From assembly GCF_041919955.1 (NCBI RefSeq), contig NZ_JAYRSU010000008.1:2943-66942 (forward strand): a stretch of 64,000 bases of DNA. The letters are read 5' to 3'. The stretch comes from Phenylobacterium sp. (GTDB taxonomy: Bacteria > Pseudomonadota > Alphaproteobacteria > Caulobacterales > Caulobacteraceae). The position numbers and the translations under genes are program-made. The stretch's first letter is position 1. The number at the start of each line of letters is the position of its first letter. The notes under the pieces are model-generated. The model saw only the letters and a list, made by a program, of their open reading frames with translations. It made no database searches and had not been told where the DNA came from. Of the stretch, positions 40,001 to 48,825 are shown in pieces.

Positions 40001-40118
40001 TGCGCGGATATTCGCGCACCGGCAGCGAGAACAGCGCCGCCCCGCCGCTGAGCAGGATCAGCAGGCTGACCACCACGGCCAGGATCGGCCGGCGGATGAA
40101 GAGGTCGGTGAACTTCAT
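37047..40118 (-). CDS. RND efflux permease (AcrB family, MexI/MexW-like)
   Basis: FIRRPILA; AIGLVVDDAIVVVENI; AVRMRPVLMT. 1023 aa. Confidence 0.96.
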   Translation of the reverse strand: MKFTDLFIRRPILAVVVSLLILLSGGAALFSLPVREYPRMESATIVVDTSFPGATQTVMQGFVTTPIAQAIATANGIEYLTSTSSQGRSQIKAKLVLNADADRSMTEILAKIQQVKYRLPPGATDPVITKITDGAAAVQYVAFVSDSLTVPQITDFVTRVAQPLVTAVPGVASVEIGGAQSLAMRVWLDPTRLAARGLTAGEVAAALRANNVQAAPGRLKGADTLINITAATDLTGIDEFRNMVIRSGPGGMIRLSDVATVELGGQNYDTQAMTDGRRSVWIGISPTPDGNPLEIVKAVKDLLPDIQRVAPPGMKIFNQFDVAHFVNASIAEVVHTLVEAVVIVVVVIFLFLGSFRAVAIPVITIPLSLVGTAALMLAFGFSLNLLTLLAMVLAIGLVVDDAIVVVENIHRHIEEGLSPVHAALVGAREIVGPVIAMTITLAAVYAPIGLMGGLTGALFREFAFTLAGSVVVSGVVALTLSPMMSSWLLNDRVSEGRFAKIIEHRMGALTAGYERLLGRTLQARGAVLLVGGMVLVAIVVLFAGARRELAPQEDQGFVFVQTKAPQYANVDYTARYADQVEHMFRDLPEYVSSWFESGTGGANNGFGGVILKEWGERERSADDVQAQLNARGAGVTGVYVAAFQPAPLPAGSGGLPVQMVIRSPEDFAAIYAAMEKVKGAAWGSGLFAFVDSDLAFDSPEARITIDRAKAGEMGVSMEAIADTLALLVGENYVNRFNWRDRSYDVITQVPRERRVSPEDLAQYYVKTASGDLVPLATVARIEVHPQANSLPQFNQMNSATLSAVLAPNVTMGQAVEFLKAQPLPPGASIDWLSDSRQYVTEGDRLTVSFAFALVVIFLVLAAQFESVRDPLVILVTVPLAICGALVPLYLGFATLNIYTQIGLVTLIGLISKHGILMVSFANEMQRHEGVGRAEAIRKAAAVRMRPVLMTTAAMVAGLVPLLFAAGAGAASRFAIGIVVVMGMLVGTLFTLFVLPTVYSLIAKDHGHEAQSERAKALSEAAHA

Positions 40119-40120
40119 GA

Positions 40121-41251
40121 TCAGCCCTTCGCCGCCAGCAGCTTCGAGACCTGCACCGGCGCGCCAGGCTGCACGCGCAGCTGGCCTTCGGTGATCACCA
40201 CGTCGCCCGGCTTCAGGCCGCGGACCACGGCTACGCGGTCGCCGATGCGCCGGCCCGGCGTCACCGGCACGATCTCGGCCTTGCCGCCCTTGGCCGCGTT
40301 GGCGCCGCGGATGACGGTCACGCTCTCGCCTGCCGCCGAGGTCTGGATCGCCGTCGCCGGCACGAGCAGCGCGCCCTTCTCGGGCGGCAGTTCCAGGGCG
40401 ACGGCCACGTACATGCCAGGCCGCAGGATTCGCCCGGCGTTGGGCAGCCTGGCCTGCACCGCGACGTTGCGGGTGTTCTCGCTGACCCGCGGCTCGACCG
40501 CGTTGACCGTGGCGACGAAGACCTTGCCCGGCCAGGCGTCGGCGGTCAGCCGGACTTGGCCGCCGATCTTCAGCCGCGCCAGCTCCTGCTGAGGCACGGT
40601 GAAGTCGACATAGAGGGTGTCGAGGTCGGTCAGGGTGGCGATCGGATCACCGGGGTTCAGGTACTGTCCCAGATCGACCTTGCGCACGCCCAACTCGCCG
40701 GCGAACGGCGCGGAGATCCGCTTCTGGGCGATGCGCGCGTCCAGCTGGCGCACGTTCGCGCGGGCCTGGTCGAGGTCGGCGCGGCGCTCCTCCAGCCGGT
40801 CGCGGGGCTCGGCCCCGGTCGGCATCAGGCTCACCGAACGTTCGTGCCGCAGCCGCGCCAGCTCGGCGCGGGCCTGAGCCGCGGCGCGGTCGGCGCGTTC
40901 GGGCTCGTCATAGAGCTGCACGAGCGGCGCGCCGGCCCCGACCCGCGTCCCGGCGTCGAAGTGGATGGCCACGACCCGCCCGGCGGTTTCCGGGCTGAGC
41001 ACCACCTGGCGCACCGCGCGCAAGCTGCCCACCGCCTCGAGCGCAGCCGGCGCGTCGCTGGCGGTCACCACGGTGGCGACCACCGGCAGGGCCTGCGCGG
41101 GGGGCGGAGCGGCTGGCGCGGCGCGCACCGTGCGCCAGCCATAGAGCCCGCCCAGCAGGACGGCCGTCGCCAGTCCGGCGACGATCATGGGTTTGGACGC
41201 GCCGCCCGGCCGGCGCGGCGCGCCATCAGGAACGTTGCGAGACGTCGGCAT
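40121..41251 (-). CDS. RND periplasmic adaptor (membrane fusion protein)
   Basis: ISAPFAGELG; LRPGMY; GLKPGDVVITEGQ. Confidence 0.94.
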   Translation of the reverse strand: MPTSRNVPDGAPRRPGGASKPMIVAGLATAVLLGGLYGWRTVRAAPAAPPPAQALPVVATVVTASDAPAALEAVGSLRAVRQVVLSPETAGRVVAIHFDAGTRVGAGAPLVQLYDEPERADRAAAQARAELARLRHERSVSLMPTGAEPRDRLEERRADLDQARANVRQLDARIAQKRISAPFAGELGVRKVDLGQYLNPGDPIATLTDLDTLYVDFTVPQQELARLKIGGQVRLTADAWPGKVFVATVNAVEPRVSENTRNVAVQARLPNAGRILRPGMYVAVALELPPEKGALLVPATAIQTSAAGESVTVIRGANAAKGGKAEIVPVTPGRRIGDRVAVVRGLKPGDVVITEGQLRVQPGAPVQVSKLLAAKG

Positions 41252-41275
41252 GGGAGCCCCCTTGTCGGAGAGAAA

Positions 41276-41292
41276 ATCGACTTAGAGTCGAT
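41276..41292. promoter_or_regulatory. Probable TetR operator of the RND operon
   Basis: Perfect dyad ATCGACT-TAG-AGTCGAT between the divergent MFP and TetR genes. Confidence 0.7.
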
Positions 41293-41372
41293 ATTGTTGC
41301 GAATAGCTATTAATTCAAGGGGCGACGTCAAGTCGCTCGCGCCGGCGCGGCGAAGGGGGCTAGAAAAGACCG

Positions 41373-42029
41373 ATGATGAGGAAGGACATCGGGCGCGTGC
41401 GCCGCCGCGGCCGCCCGCCGGTCAGGACCGTCGGAGCCCCAGCCCGTCCGAGGTCTTCCGAGACGCGCCGCGCCCACCTGCTTGACGCAGCGGCGAAGCT
41501 CTTCGTCGAGCGCGACGCCGCCGAGGTGACCATCGACGACATCGCCGCCGAGGCCGGCGTCGCCAAGGGCACGTTCTACCACTACTTCGCGACCAAGGCG
41601 GACCTGCTGGGCGGGCTGCAGCACCGCTTCATCGACGCCTTCGACCGGCGGCTGGAGACGGCGGTCGGCGCTCACGCGCCGGGCGACTGGAACGGCAAGC
41701 TCGCCGCCTGGGTCGAGGCGACGATCACCGCCCTCTTCGAGATGCAGGCGCTGCACGACGTGGCCTTCCACCAGGCGCCCTCGCACGGAGCGCCGCAGTT
41801 CGCGCAGTTGCCCTTCGTAACACGTCTGGCCGAATTGCTGGCGGGCGGGGAAGACGCCGGCGCCTGGCGGGTCGGCGATCCCCTGGCGGTGGCTCTGATG
41901 GTGTTCCACGGCCTGCACGGCGTGGCCGATGAGACCGCCATCGCCCGGAGCATGGACGCGCAGAGCCTGCGCGCGCTGTGCGTGCAACTCGTCTGCGGCA
42001 TGGTCGGATCGGCGCCGGCCGAACGATAG
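41373..42029 (+). CDS. TetR/AcrR regulator of the RND pump
   Basis: HTH VTIDDIAAEAGVAKGTFYHYFATK. Confidence 0.92.
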   Translation: MMRKDIGRVRRRGRPPVRTVGAPARPRSSETRRAHLLDAAAKLFVERDAAEVTIDDIAAEAGVAKGTFYHYFATKADLLGGLQHRFIDAFDRRLETAVGAHAPGDWNGKLAAWVEATITALFEMQALHDVAFHQAPSHGAPQFAQLPFVTRLAELLAGGEDAGAWRVGDPLAVALMVFHGLHGVADETAIARSMDAQSLRALCVQLVCGMVGSAPAER

Positions 42030-42148
42030 ACAGGGCGAAACCGGGGCCACCGAAACACTCCCATGATGTCAGGGAGCAGCTTCGTAAAACCTCAAGCACA
42101 CTTGAGGTAAAGCGGAATTTTTTTCGGATGGCCCTGGAAGACGCCGGA

Positions 42149-43834
42149 CTAGGAGAACGCGCCCTGCTCGAGCAGGTCCGCCGCATGGTTGGCGGTGCGT
42201 GCCGAGAGCGCCATGTAGGTGAGCGAGGGGTTCATCGAGGCGCTGGAGGTCATCACCGAGCCGTCGGAGCAGAAGAGGTTCGGGACCTCATGCGCCTGGC
42301 CCCAGCCGTTGAAGACCGAGGTCGCCGGATCGCGGCCCATGCGGGCCGTGCCCATCTCGTGGATGCGATCGCCCGGCGGGGTCAGCTTGGCGCCGGCCTC
42401 CTCCCACGGCGAGATGTCGACGCAGCCGGCGGCGGCGAGCATCTCGGCTGCGTCGCGGGCGGCCTCGCGCATCATCGCCTTCTCGTTCGGGCCATGCTCG
42501 GCGGCGATGTGAGGGAGAGGCACGCCCCAGGAATCGACTCGCGCCGACAGGGTGACGCGGTTGTCGGGATTGGGCAGGACCTCGCCGAACGGCGCCAGGG
42601 ACATGACCCATACGCGCCGCGGCTTGCCGCTGTCGTCGAGTTCGCCGCCAGGCCGGCGGAACCGGCTGGCGCCGCCCTGAATGCCGAAGCCGCGCAGGTA
42701 AGGCTTGTCGGTCTCGGTGATGTTCGAATAGCGCGGGATGTAGATGCCGGTCGGACGATCGGCCTGGTAGGGCTGATCCTCGAACCCGTTATAGGTCCCG
42801 AGCAGCGGCGCGCAGCCGACGTGATCCATGAGGTTGCGGCCGACCTGGTCGCTGCCGTTGGCCAGGCCCCGGGGGAACGCCTCGGAGCGCGAGTTCAGCA
42901 GCAGGGCGGCGGTGTTGATGGTCGAGGCGTTGAGGAACACCAGGCGCGCCTCATAGGTCACGCCCTGCTTGCTCAGGCGGTCGACCGTGCGCACGCCGGT
43001 GGCGCGGTTCGTCACCGGATCGTAGGTCACGCTCTCGACGATGGCGTCTGTGATGACGGTCAGGTTGCCGGTCGCCCGGGCGGCCGGCAACGTCGCGGCC
43101 AGCGAGGAGAAATAGGCGCCGAGCGGGCAGCCGTGGGCGCAGCGGACATAGCCCTCGCAGCGCTTTCGCCCCAGGTCCATCTGCGGCTTGGCCACCCGGC
43201 TGAGGTTGGCGGTGCGCCCCATGAGGAAGCGCCGGGTCGGGAACGCCGCCTCGATGCGCGCCTTGGCGTCCTCCTCCACGCAGTTGAAGGGGAACGGCGG
43301 CAGGAAGTCGCCGTCGGGAAGCTGGGGGACCTCGTCGTAGTCGCCGCTGACGCCGGCGAAGGCCTCGACGTGGTCGTACCAGGGCTCCAGGTCCTCGTAG
43401 CGGATCGGCCAGTCGACGCCGTGCCCGTCCTTCAGATTGGATTCGAAGTCGTCCGGCGCCCAGCGGTAGGACTGCCGCGCCCAGGTCAGGGAGCGGCCGC
43501 CCAGGTGATAGCCGCGGATCCAGCGATAGGGCTTTCCGGGCTCGGTCTCGTAGGGATGGTCGTGGTCGCTGACCCAGAACTTCTTGTTCGAGTTGAACAT
43601 CGCGTAGCTGACCCCCTCGTAATAGGGGTAGTGCAGCTGGCGCTCCTCGAGCAGGATCTGGTCCTCGAACCGGCGCAGGCGGCCGGCGATCTCGTGGCTG
43701 TAGTCGGGCCCGTGCTCGATGTTCGGGCCACGCTCCAGCATCAGCACCTTCAGGCCCCGCTCGCACAGCTCCTTGGCGACCCAGCCGCCGCTGATGCCTG
43801 ACCCCACCACGATCGCGTCGAACTGCATCGTCAA
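42149..43834 (-). CDS. GMC oxidoreductase (glycoside 3-dehydrogenase-like)
   Basis: VVGSGISGGWVAKEL; RGYHLGGRSLTWARQ; GRNLMDH; IHEMGTARMG. Confidence 0.92.
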   Translation of the reverse strand: MTMQFDAIVVGSGISGGWVAKELCERGLKVLMLERGPNIEHGPDYSHEIAGRLRRFEDQILLEERQLHYPYYEGVSYAMFNSNKKFWVSDHDHPYETEPGKPYRWIRGYHLGGRSLTWARQSYRWAPDDFESNLKDGHGVDWPIRYEDLEPWYDHVEAFAGVSGDYDEVPQLPDGDFLPPFPFNCVEEDAKARIEAAFPTRRFLMGRTANLSRVAKPQMDLGRKRCEGYVRCAHGCPLGAYFSSLAATLPAARATGNLTVITDAIVESVTYDPVTNRATGVRTVDRLSKQGVTYEARLVFLNASTINTAALLLNSRSEAFPRGLANGSDQVGRNLMDHVGCAPLLGTYNGFEDQPYQADRPTGIYIPRYSNITETDKPYLRGFGIQGGASRFRRPGGELDDSGKPRRVWVMSLAPFGEVLPNPDNRVTLSARVDSWGVPLPHIAAEHGPNEKAMMREAARDAAEMLAAAGCVDISPWEEAGAKLTPPGDRIHEMGTARMGRDPATSVFNGWGQAHEVPNLFCSDGSVMTSSASMNPSLTYMALSARTANHAADLLEQGAFS

Positions 43835-44607
43835 CCTTGCGCCTCGCGACCGTCCGCCTCGAACAGCGCGACGGCCTGCCTGAGCGCGGCGATGGGCTCG
43901 CCGCGCGGAATGAACTCGTGGCCGACCCAGCGGTCGTAGCCCAGATGGCGGAGCAGACCGGCGATGGCGCGCCAGTTGATCTCCTGCCGGTCGTCCAGGT
44001 CGCGCCGCCCCGGCGCGCCGGCCGTGTGGACATGGCCGATCAGCTCGAGGTTGGCCTTGATGGTGCGGCTGAGATCGCCCTCCATCAACTGCATATGGTA
44101 GCCGTCATAGAGCAGCCGGAGCGTCGGGGAGCCGACCCCGCGCACCACCGCCGCGCCGAAGGCGGTGCGGTCGCACTGCTGGCCCGGATGGTCGACCTTG
44201 CTGTTGAGCAGCTCGATGAGCAGCCGAACCCCGGCGCCCTCAGCGTGCGACACCACCGGGGCCAGGCCCTCGACGCAGGCGGCGATGGCGCGTGCATCGT
44301 CGCCGTCGCCGAAGCGGTTTCCGGCGAAGACGATCACCGCCTCGACGCCGCCCTGGACGGCCGCGTCGATCTGGCGGCGCACCTCGGCTTGCAGCGCGGC
44401 ATGGCGCGAGGGGTCGTTGAACCCCTCCTCCAGCTTGTGGCCGCTGGTGTTGACGAGCGTCAGGCCCACGTCGCGGGCGATGGGCCGCAGGTCCTGCGGC
44501 AGCATCTCGACGCCCTGGACGCCGGCGGCGGCGGCCTGGCGCAGGAACGGCGCGGGCTCGATCTCGCGCCCCATGGCGAACGACCACCAGGTAAAGCTCT
44601 GCCGCAT
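43831..44607 (-). CDS. Hydroxypyruvate isomerase / sugar-phosphate isomerase-epimerase TIM barrel
   Basis: ELLNSKVDHPG; LLYDGYHMQLMEGD; HVHTAGAPGR; GHEF. Stop overlaps the GMC start. Confidence 0.88.
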   Translation of the reverse strand: MRQSFTWWSFAMGREIEPAPFLRQAAAAGVQGVEMLPQDLRPIARDVGLTLVNTSGHKLEEGFNDPSRHAALQAEVRRQIDAAVQGGVEAVIVFAGNRFGDGDDARAIAACVEGLAPVVSHAEGAGVRLLIELLNSKVDHPGQQCDRTAFGAAVVRGVGSPTLRLLYDGYHMQLMEGDLSRTIKANLELIGHVHTAGAPGRRDLDDRQEINWRAIAGLLRHLGYDRWVGHEFIPRGEPIAALRQAVALFEADGREAQG

Positions 44608-44900
44608 CGCTACGCGCCCGCTCCCCTTCCCGGTGTCTGCTTCGATCATGGTTTCCGCCCTGCGGCCGCCCGTCCAGGGGCGACCGTCGCTTGTTGCGCC
44701 TCAATGGCCATACAATCGATTACACGGCAAGGTGCGGCGGAACTTTGGCGGCGGGGGTCGGCGCCTGGCCTTGGACGCTCGGCGCTACGCCAAGCCGAGA
44801 GAGAGGCAGGCGGCGGGCCGGCGCGCGACGTCGGAGGGCGCGGGACTGGCCAAGGGCCGATCGCGGGCTTCGGTCCGTTGTGCACACCGCGATGTCCGTT

Positions 44901-45248
44901 TCAGGCGCGCACGTGCCGCCGCGCCTCACGCGATAGCCGCGAGTAGAGGACGTTCCGCCGGTCGATCTGGCGAAGATGTTCAAGGAAGCATGTGGAGACT
45001 GCGTTTGCGAGTTGGTCATCAACAGCGACAGCCTGCTCGACAAACTCCGCCAGACCTTCGATCTGATCTTGAGTCGCCTCCTCCGCGCCGAACGCGGCGG
45101 AAAACTCCAGCACAATCCCGTGCAGGCTCCGATCGCCGCCTTGCACTTCCCTCGTGAGTTCATCATCGCCGAACATCGGAAAGAGGGACTGAAGGCGCGT
45201 CAGAAGATGGCTTGGTTTTGTGGGGCGCTGCTCGTAGGTCCTGGGCAA
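44901..45248 (-). CDS. Small acidic hypothetical protein, DUF7674/immunity-like
   Basis: C-terminal LANAVSTCFLEHL pattern. Start uncertain. Confidence 0.5.
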   Translation of the reverse strand: MPRTYEQRPTKPSHLLTRLQSLFPMFGDDELTREVQGGDRSLHGIVLEFSAAFGAEEATQDQIEGLAEFVEQAVAVDDQLANAVSTCFLEHLRQIDRRNVLYSRLSREARRHVRA

Positions 45249-45480
45249 GATACGGCTCCCGCGAAGTGGCTGGAACGCTTTACGTCGAGCGTGCTGGGCT
45301 CACGTGGTTTGCACCATTCTACCAGTTCGGTTCGTACTGCTTCACAAGCCGCCGGCTTGAAGAGACGCTGATCGGCTGTCGGTCGGGCAACGCTCGATGG
45401 CCGCGCCCTCCCCTTTAGCGGACAATCAATCCCTAGGCGCGAAGCATGAGCGCCAGCGAAACTCTGGTCAGGGCGGATCG

Positions 45481-46017
45481 ATGAAGAGGGGCAAGAAGAG
45501 CGCCGCGGGTCTTCGAGCCATCCGGACGCTCGCCGAGATCAGCACGAGCTACGAGCTCGATGCTTCTCAGCCTCGGTTCACTTCCGTCGCTGCGCGTGAC
45601 GTGGATGACGACACCCTGCTGCATCGGGCGGTGTTCGGCGAGAACCGAAGGGACGTAGAAGACCTGCTGCGCCTCGGCGCCGACGTGAACGCCCATGGGG
45701 ACATGGGACATACGCCGCTGCACTACGCGGCGATGCAGGGACACCTGAATCTGGTCGAAATTCTCCTCGCTGCGGGCGCCAGTCCTTCGGCGCTGAACGA
45801 GTGGGGGCAGACCCCGGCGGTAACCGCCGAGCTGGGGGGACATGTCGAAGTCGCCCGCCTGCTGCGGTCGCCGCGAGGGCGGCAGAGGGGCCCACCTCGG
45901 GCCTTGGGGAGCTCGGTCGTCATGGACCTGCGCCGAGACAGCTACGGGCGCACCGCCGTCATTGGCTCGCCGGCGCTCGCCGGACGGCCATCAGGCAGAA
46001 GATCGCCGCCGCGATGA
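45481..46017 (+). CDS. Short ankyrin-repeat protein
   Basis: DTLLHRAV...GADVNAHGDMGHTPLHYAA...NEWGQTP: about three ankyrin repeats. Confidence 0.85.
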   Translation: MKRGKKSAAGLRAIRTLAEISTSYELDASQPRFTSVAARDVDDDTLLHRAVFGENRRDVEDLLRLGADVNAHGDMGHTPLHYAAMQGHLNLVEILLAAGASPSALNEWGQTPAVTAELGGHVEVARLLRSPRGRQRGPPRALGSSVVMDLRRDSYGRTAVIGSPALAGRPSGRRSPPR

Positions 46018-46474
46018 GACCGACGCCGCCCATCATCACAGCGCCGCCAAGCACGCCGGGCAAGTCAGCCCAGGTTCGCTCCGTGTTGGGGACAATCATC
46101 TCGCCGTTCACGACGTAGCGCCGGCTTGGATCGGGCGGCCATAGCCCGGCGACCAGGAAGGGGACCGCCCCCAGCGAAAATCCGATGGCCAGCGCAGACC
46201 AGCCGTTCAGCCATCGCCAGCGGTATCGGCTGAACCCGACCAGGATCGGCGTGATGACCACCGCTTCGACGGCGAGGCACACGCCGCCTCCCATCACGAG
46301 GAGCAGCACCCATAAATCAATGGCGCTCGACGCATCGAAGTCTTCTGCAGGAGGCGAAAGGACCGCTGACATCGCAACGAATAGCCAAAACGCGGTCAGC
46401 GCGACGACCGGGGCCACGATGTACGCGAGGCCGATCACCCACCACCGGCGAAGTTCGAGAGCGCTCCTGGACAT
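45959..46474 (-). CDS. Hypothetical integral membrane protein (about 4 TM)
   Basis: Four hydrophobic stretches; no recognisable family. Confidence 0.65.
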   Translation of the reverse strand: MSRSALELRRWWVIGLAYIVAPVVALTAFWLFVAMSAVLSPPAEDFDASSAIDLWVLLLVMGGGVCLAVEAVVITPILVGFSRYRWRWLNGWSALAIGFSLGAVPFLVAGLWPPDPSRRYVVNGEMIVPNTERTWADLPGVLGGAVMMGGVGLIAAAIFCLMAVRRAPASQ

Positions 46475-46555
46475 TCAGCAGCTTTGCCATGGGGGCGCAT
46501 TGCTGTCGAACTTGCGCCGCTCTCGTCCGCCGCCAGGCGCGTTGCGGGGACTCCC

Positions 46556-47731
46556 CTACGCCACCACGCTGATCGGCTTGTGGGTGAGGTAGCGGTCGAC
46601 GGCGGCGTCGTCGAGGTCGACGCCCCAGCCGGGGCCGGTGGGGACGTGGCCGAAGCCGTCCTGGTAGGTGATGCGGTCCAGGATCAGGTCGTCCTCCAGC
46701 ATCAGGTGCCCCTGCAGCTCGGTCGCGTGGCGGATGTTGCGCGCGCGGGCGGCGTGCATGTGCAGGATCACGGCGCTGCCGACGCCCGAGGGCTGGTTGT
46801 GCAGGACCACATCGAGGCCGCGCGCCGCGGCGTAGTCGATGGCGCGCAGGGCGCGGCTCATGCCGCCCGGGCGCTCGGCGTTGAGGCCGAAGGTGCGCAC
46901 GGCGTCCATCTCGGCCAGGGTGTGCAGGTCGCGCAGGCCGAAGGCGCCCTCGTGCGCCATCAGCGGAATGCGGGTCTGGGCCTGGAGCTTGGCCATGCCG
47001 GCGAAGTCGTCGGCGCGCACCGGCTGTTCGGCGAAGTCGATCCCGTAGGGGGCGATGGCGTCGAGCACGGCCAGGGCCTGGTTGGGGCCATAGGCCTGGT
47101 TGAAGTCGACCCGCAGAGCGACGTCGGGGCCGACCAGCTCGCGCATGGCCGACATGATCGCCACGTCCTGCGTCAGGCCGTCGCCGAGCTTGCAGCGGAA
47201 GGCGCGCACGCCCATGGCGAGGCCCTGGCGGGCCAGGGCGCAGATGACGTCCACCGAGGCCAGCGGCAGCACCATGCAGAGCGGAACCTTGTCGAGCTGG
47301 GCGCCGCCGCAGAGGTCATGGACCGGCCGCCCGATGCTGCGCGCGGCGACGTCGTGCAGGGCGAGGTCGAGCACGCCCTTGGCCATTTCGTTGCGGGCGA
47401 CGTTGTCGTCGAACTTGGCGTTGATCGCCTCGATGTCGAAGGCCGAGCGGCCGAGCACGAAGCGCGCGAGGTGGTCGCGGATGAGGTCGGCCATCAGGAT
47501 CGGCGAGACGCCGCTCTCGACCAGCCAGACGAAGGCCTCGCCGACGCCGGCGACGCCGCCCTCGGTGGTCATGCGGCAGATCAGGAAATCGCCGCCCAGC
47601 CAGTGGTCGTCGACATTGAGGCTCATGGCGACCTTGCCGCTGCCGCCCTGGAGCGCGGCGCGGACCTCCTCGCGGAACGGCACGTGCAGCGGATAGAGGT
47701 CGATGCGGACGATCGGGTCGCGCGGGCTCAT
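46556..47731 (-). CDS. Enolase superfamily (mandelate racemase/muconate lactonizing enzyme subgroup) with non-canonical active site
   Basis: GVGEA; AKGVLDLALHD; FRCKLG; RVDFNQ; FAEQP; VPTGPGWG. ATG 47731. Confidence 0.9.
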   Translation of the reverse strand: MSPRDPIVRIDLYPLHVPFREEVRAALQGGSGKVAMSLNVDDHWLGGDFLICRMTTEGGVAGVGEAFVWLVESGVSPILMADLIRDHLARFVLGRSAFDIEAINAKFDDNVARNEMAKGVLDLALHDVAARSIGRPVHDLCGGAQLDKVPLCMVLPLASVDVICALARQGLAMGVRAFRCKLGDGLTQDVAIMSAMRELVGPDVALRVDFNQAYGPNQALAVLDAIAPYGIDFAEQPVRADDFAGMAKLQAQTRIPLMAHEGAFGLRDLHTLAEMDAVRTFGLNAERPGGMSRALRAIDYAAARGLDVVLHNQPSGVGSAVILHMHAARARNIRHATELQGHLMLEDDLILDRITYQDGFGHVPTGPGWGVDLDDAAVDRYLTHKPISVVA

Positions 47732-48825
47732 CGGGTCAGCCTTTCTTCGAGATCGGGGGCGGCCAGGCCGCTCAGAGCTTGGGCGAAGACCTGGCGGCCG
47801 CGCGCCAGGACGGCTTCGCGCCAGGCGGGATCGGCGGGATAGAAGGCGGCCAGCAGCCGCGCCTTGATCGCCCTGCCCCGCTCGCCGGCCAGGTCGCCGT
47901 GATGGACCAGCCAATTGTCCTCGATCATGGCGCCCAGCACGGCCTCCCCCGGCTCGGTGCCGTATTCGAGCGTCATGGGCACGACGCGCACGCCGGCAAG
48001 CTGCGTCTCCATCGCCCCGTTCATGTAGCCGCCGAGGATGGTGTCGGCCGCCGAGCGCGGCCGCGGGGTGACGAACATCGGGCCGAACCACTGGGCGGTC
48101 AGGGCCTTGTGCGGCTCGTCGTCGCCAGCGGCCATCATCAGCATGCCGACGCCGCTTTCGCCGAGGCCGCTGTGCAGGTCGATCTGAACGACCACGCGGC
48201 GGCCGGCGAGGCGCCGGGCCCAGAGCTCCTCCACCGCCCGCCGCGACCAGCTGGGGCCCGCGCCGCCGTACTGGACGCCGCGCGGGAAGGCGTACTGGCC
48301 GCCTGAGACGGCCTTCATCATGGTCAGGTAGTCGCTCTGGGCTCGCATCCGGTCGAGCTCGGCGGCGATGGCGGCGAGCGCGCCGTCCGGCAGCTCCTCC
48401 GGGTTCAACAGGGCGTCGATAGCGGCGTAGGCCTCGTTCGCAGGGGCGCCGGCGGCGAAGTCGATGAAGTTGCGGTTGAGGTCGACATTGTCCTCGTTCA
48501 CCCGGCGCAGGTGCGAGAAGCCGTAGGGATTGACCGCATGGACCAGCATCAGGGCGGTGTCCGGCGGCAGGTCCGGGGCGTCCTGGACGAACTGGAGCTG
48601 AAGGGCCGAGCCGCAGAAGCCCTCCACGCCGTGGACGCCGCTGGAGATGGTCAGCACGCGGCCGGCGTCCTGCGGACCGCGCCAGAGCACGTCCATGTAA
48701 AGCGGCGCGCCGTCGGCGCCGGCCTGCGGGTGGTCGAGCGCCTCGTGCGTCCAGCCGCCGGCGGCGTCCGCGGCCGCGAGCAGGCGGTTGCGCGCCTCGC
48801 GATAGTCTTGCGAATAACAGGTCAT
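47728..48825 (-). CDS. DUF2817 / M14 zinc carboxypeptidase-like protein
   Basis: SGVHGVEG (HxxE); NPYGFSHLRRVNEDNVDLNRNF; DLHSG. Confidence 0.88.
   Translation of the reverse strand: MTCYSQDYREARNRLLAAADAAGGWTHEALDHPQAGADGAPLYMDVLWRGPQDAGRVLTISSGVHGVEGFCGSALQLQFVQDAPDLPPDTALMLVHAVNPYGFSHLRRVNEDNVDLNRNFIDFAAGAPANEAYAAIDALLNPEELPDGALAAIAAELDRMRAQSDYLTMMKAVSGGQYAFPRGVQYGGAGPSWSRRAVEELWARRLAGRRVVVQIDLHSGLGESGVGMLMMAAGDDEPHKALTAQWFGPMFVTPRPRSAADTILGGYMNGAMETQLAGVRVVPMTLEYGTEPGEAVLGAMIEDNWLVHHGDLAGERGRAIKARLLAAFYPADPAWREAVLARGRQVFAQALSGLAAPDLEERLTR

Noticed and set aside
36927-40592. Long antisense/shadow ORFs (1221 aa here; also 14881-16578, 28808-30985, 41978-43801, 51794-54148, 56469-58391)
   Set aside because: They mirror real genes on the opposite strand, carry no motifs, and are expected in high-GC DNA.
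41276-41302. RND-operon dyad as part of the TCGA-N6 regulon
   Set aside because: It is a distinct perfect dyad (ATCGACT-N3-AGTCGAT) beside its own TetR. It does caution that TCGA pairs are not unique to the island.
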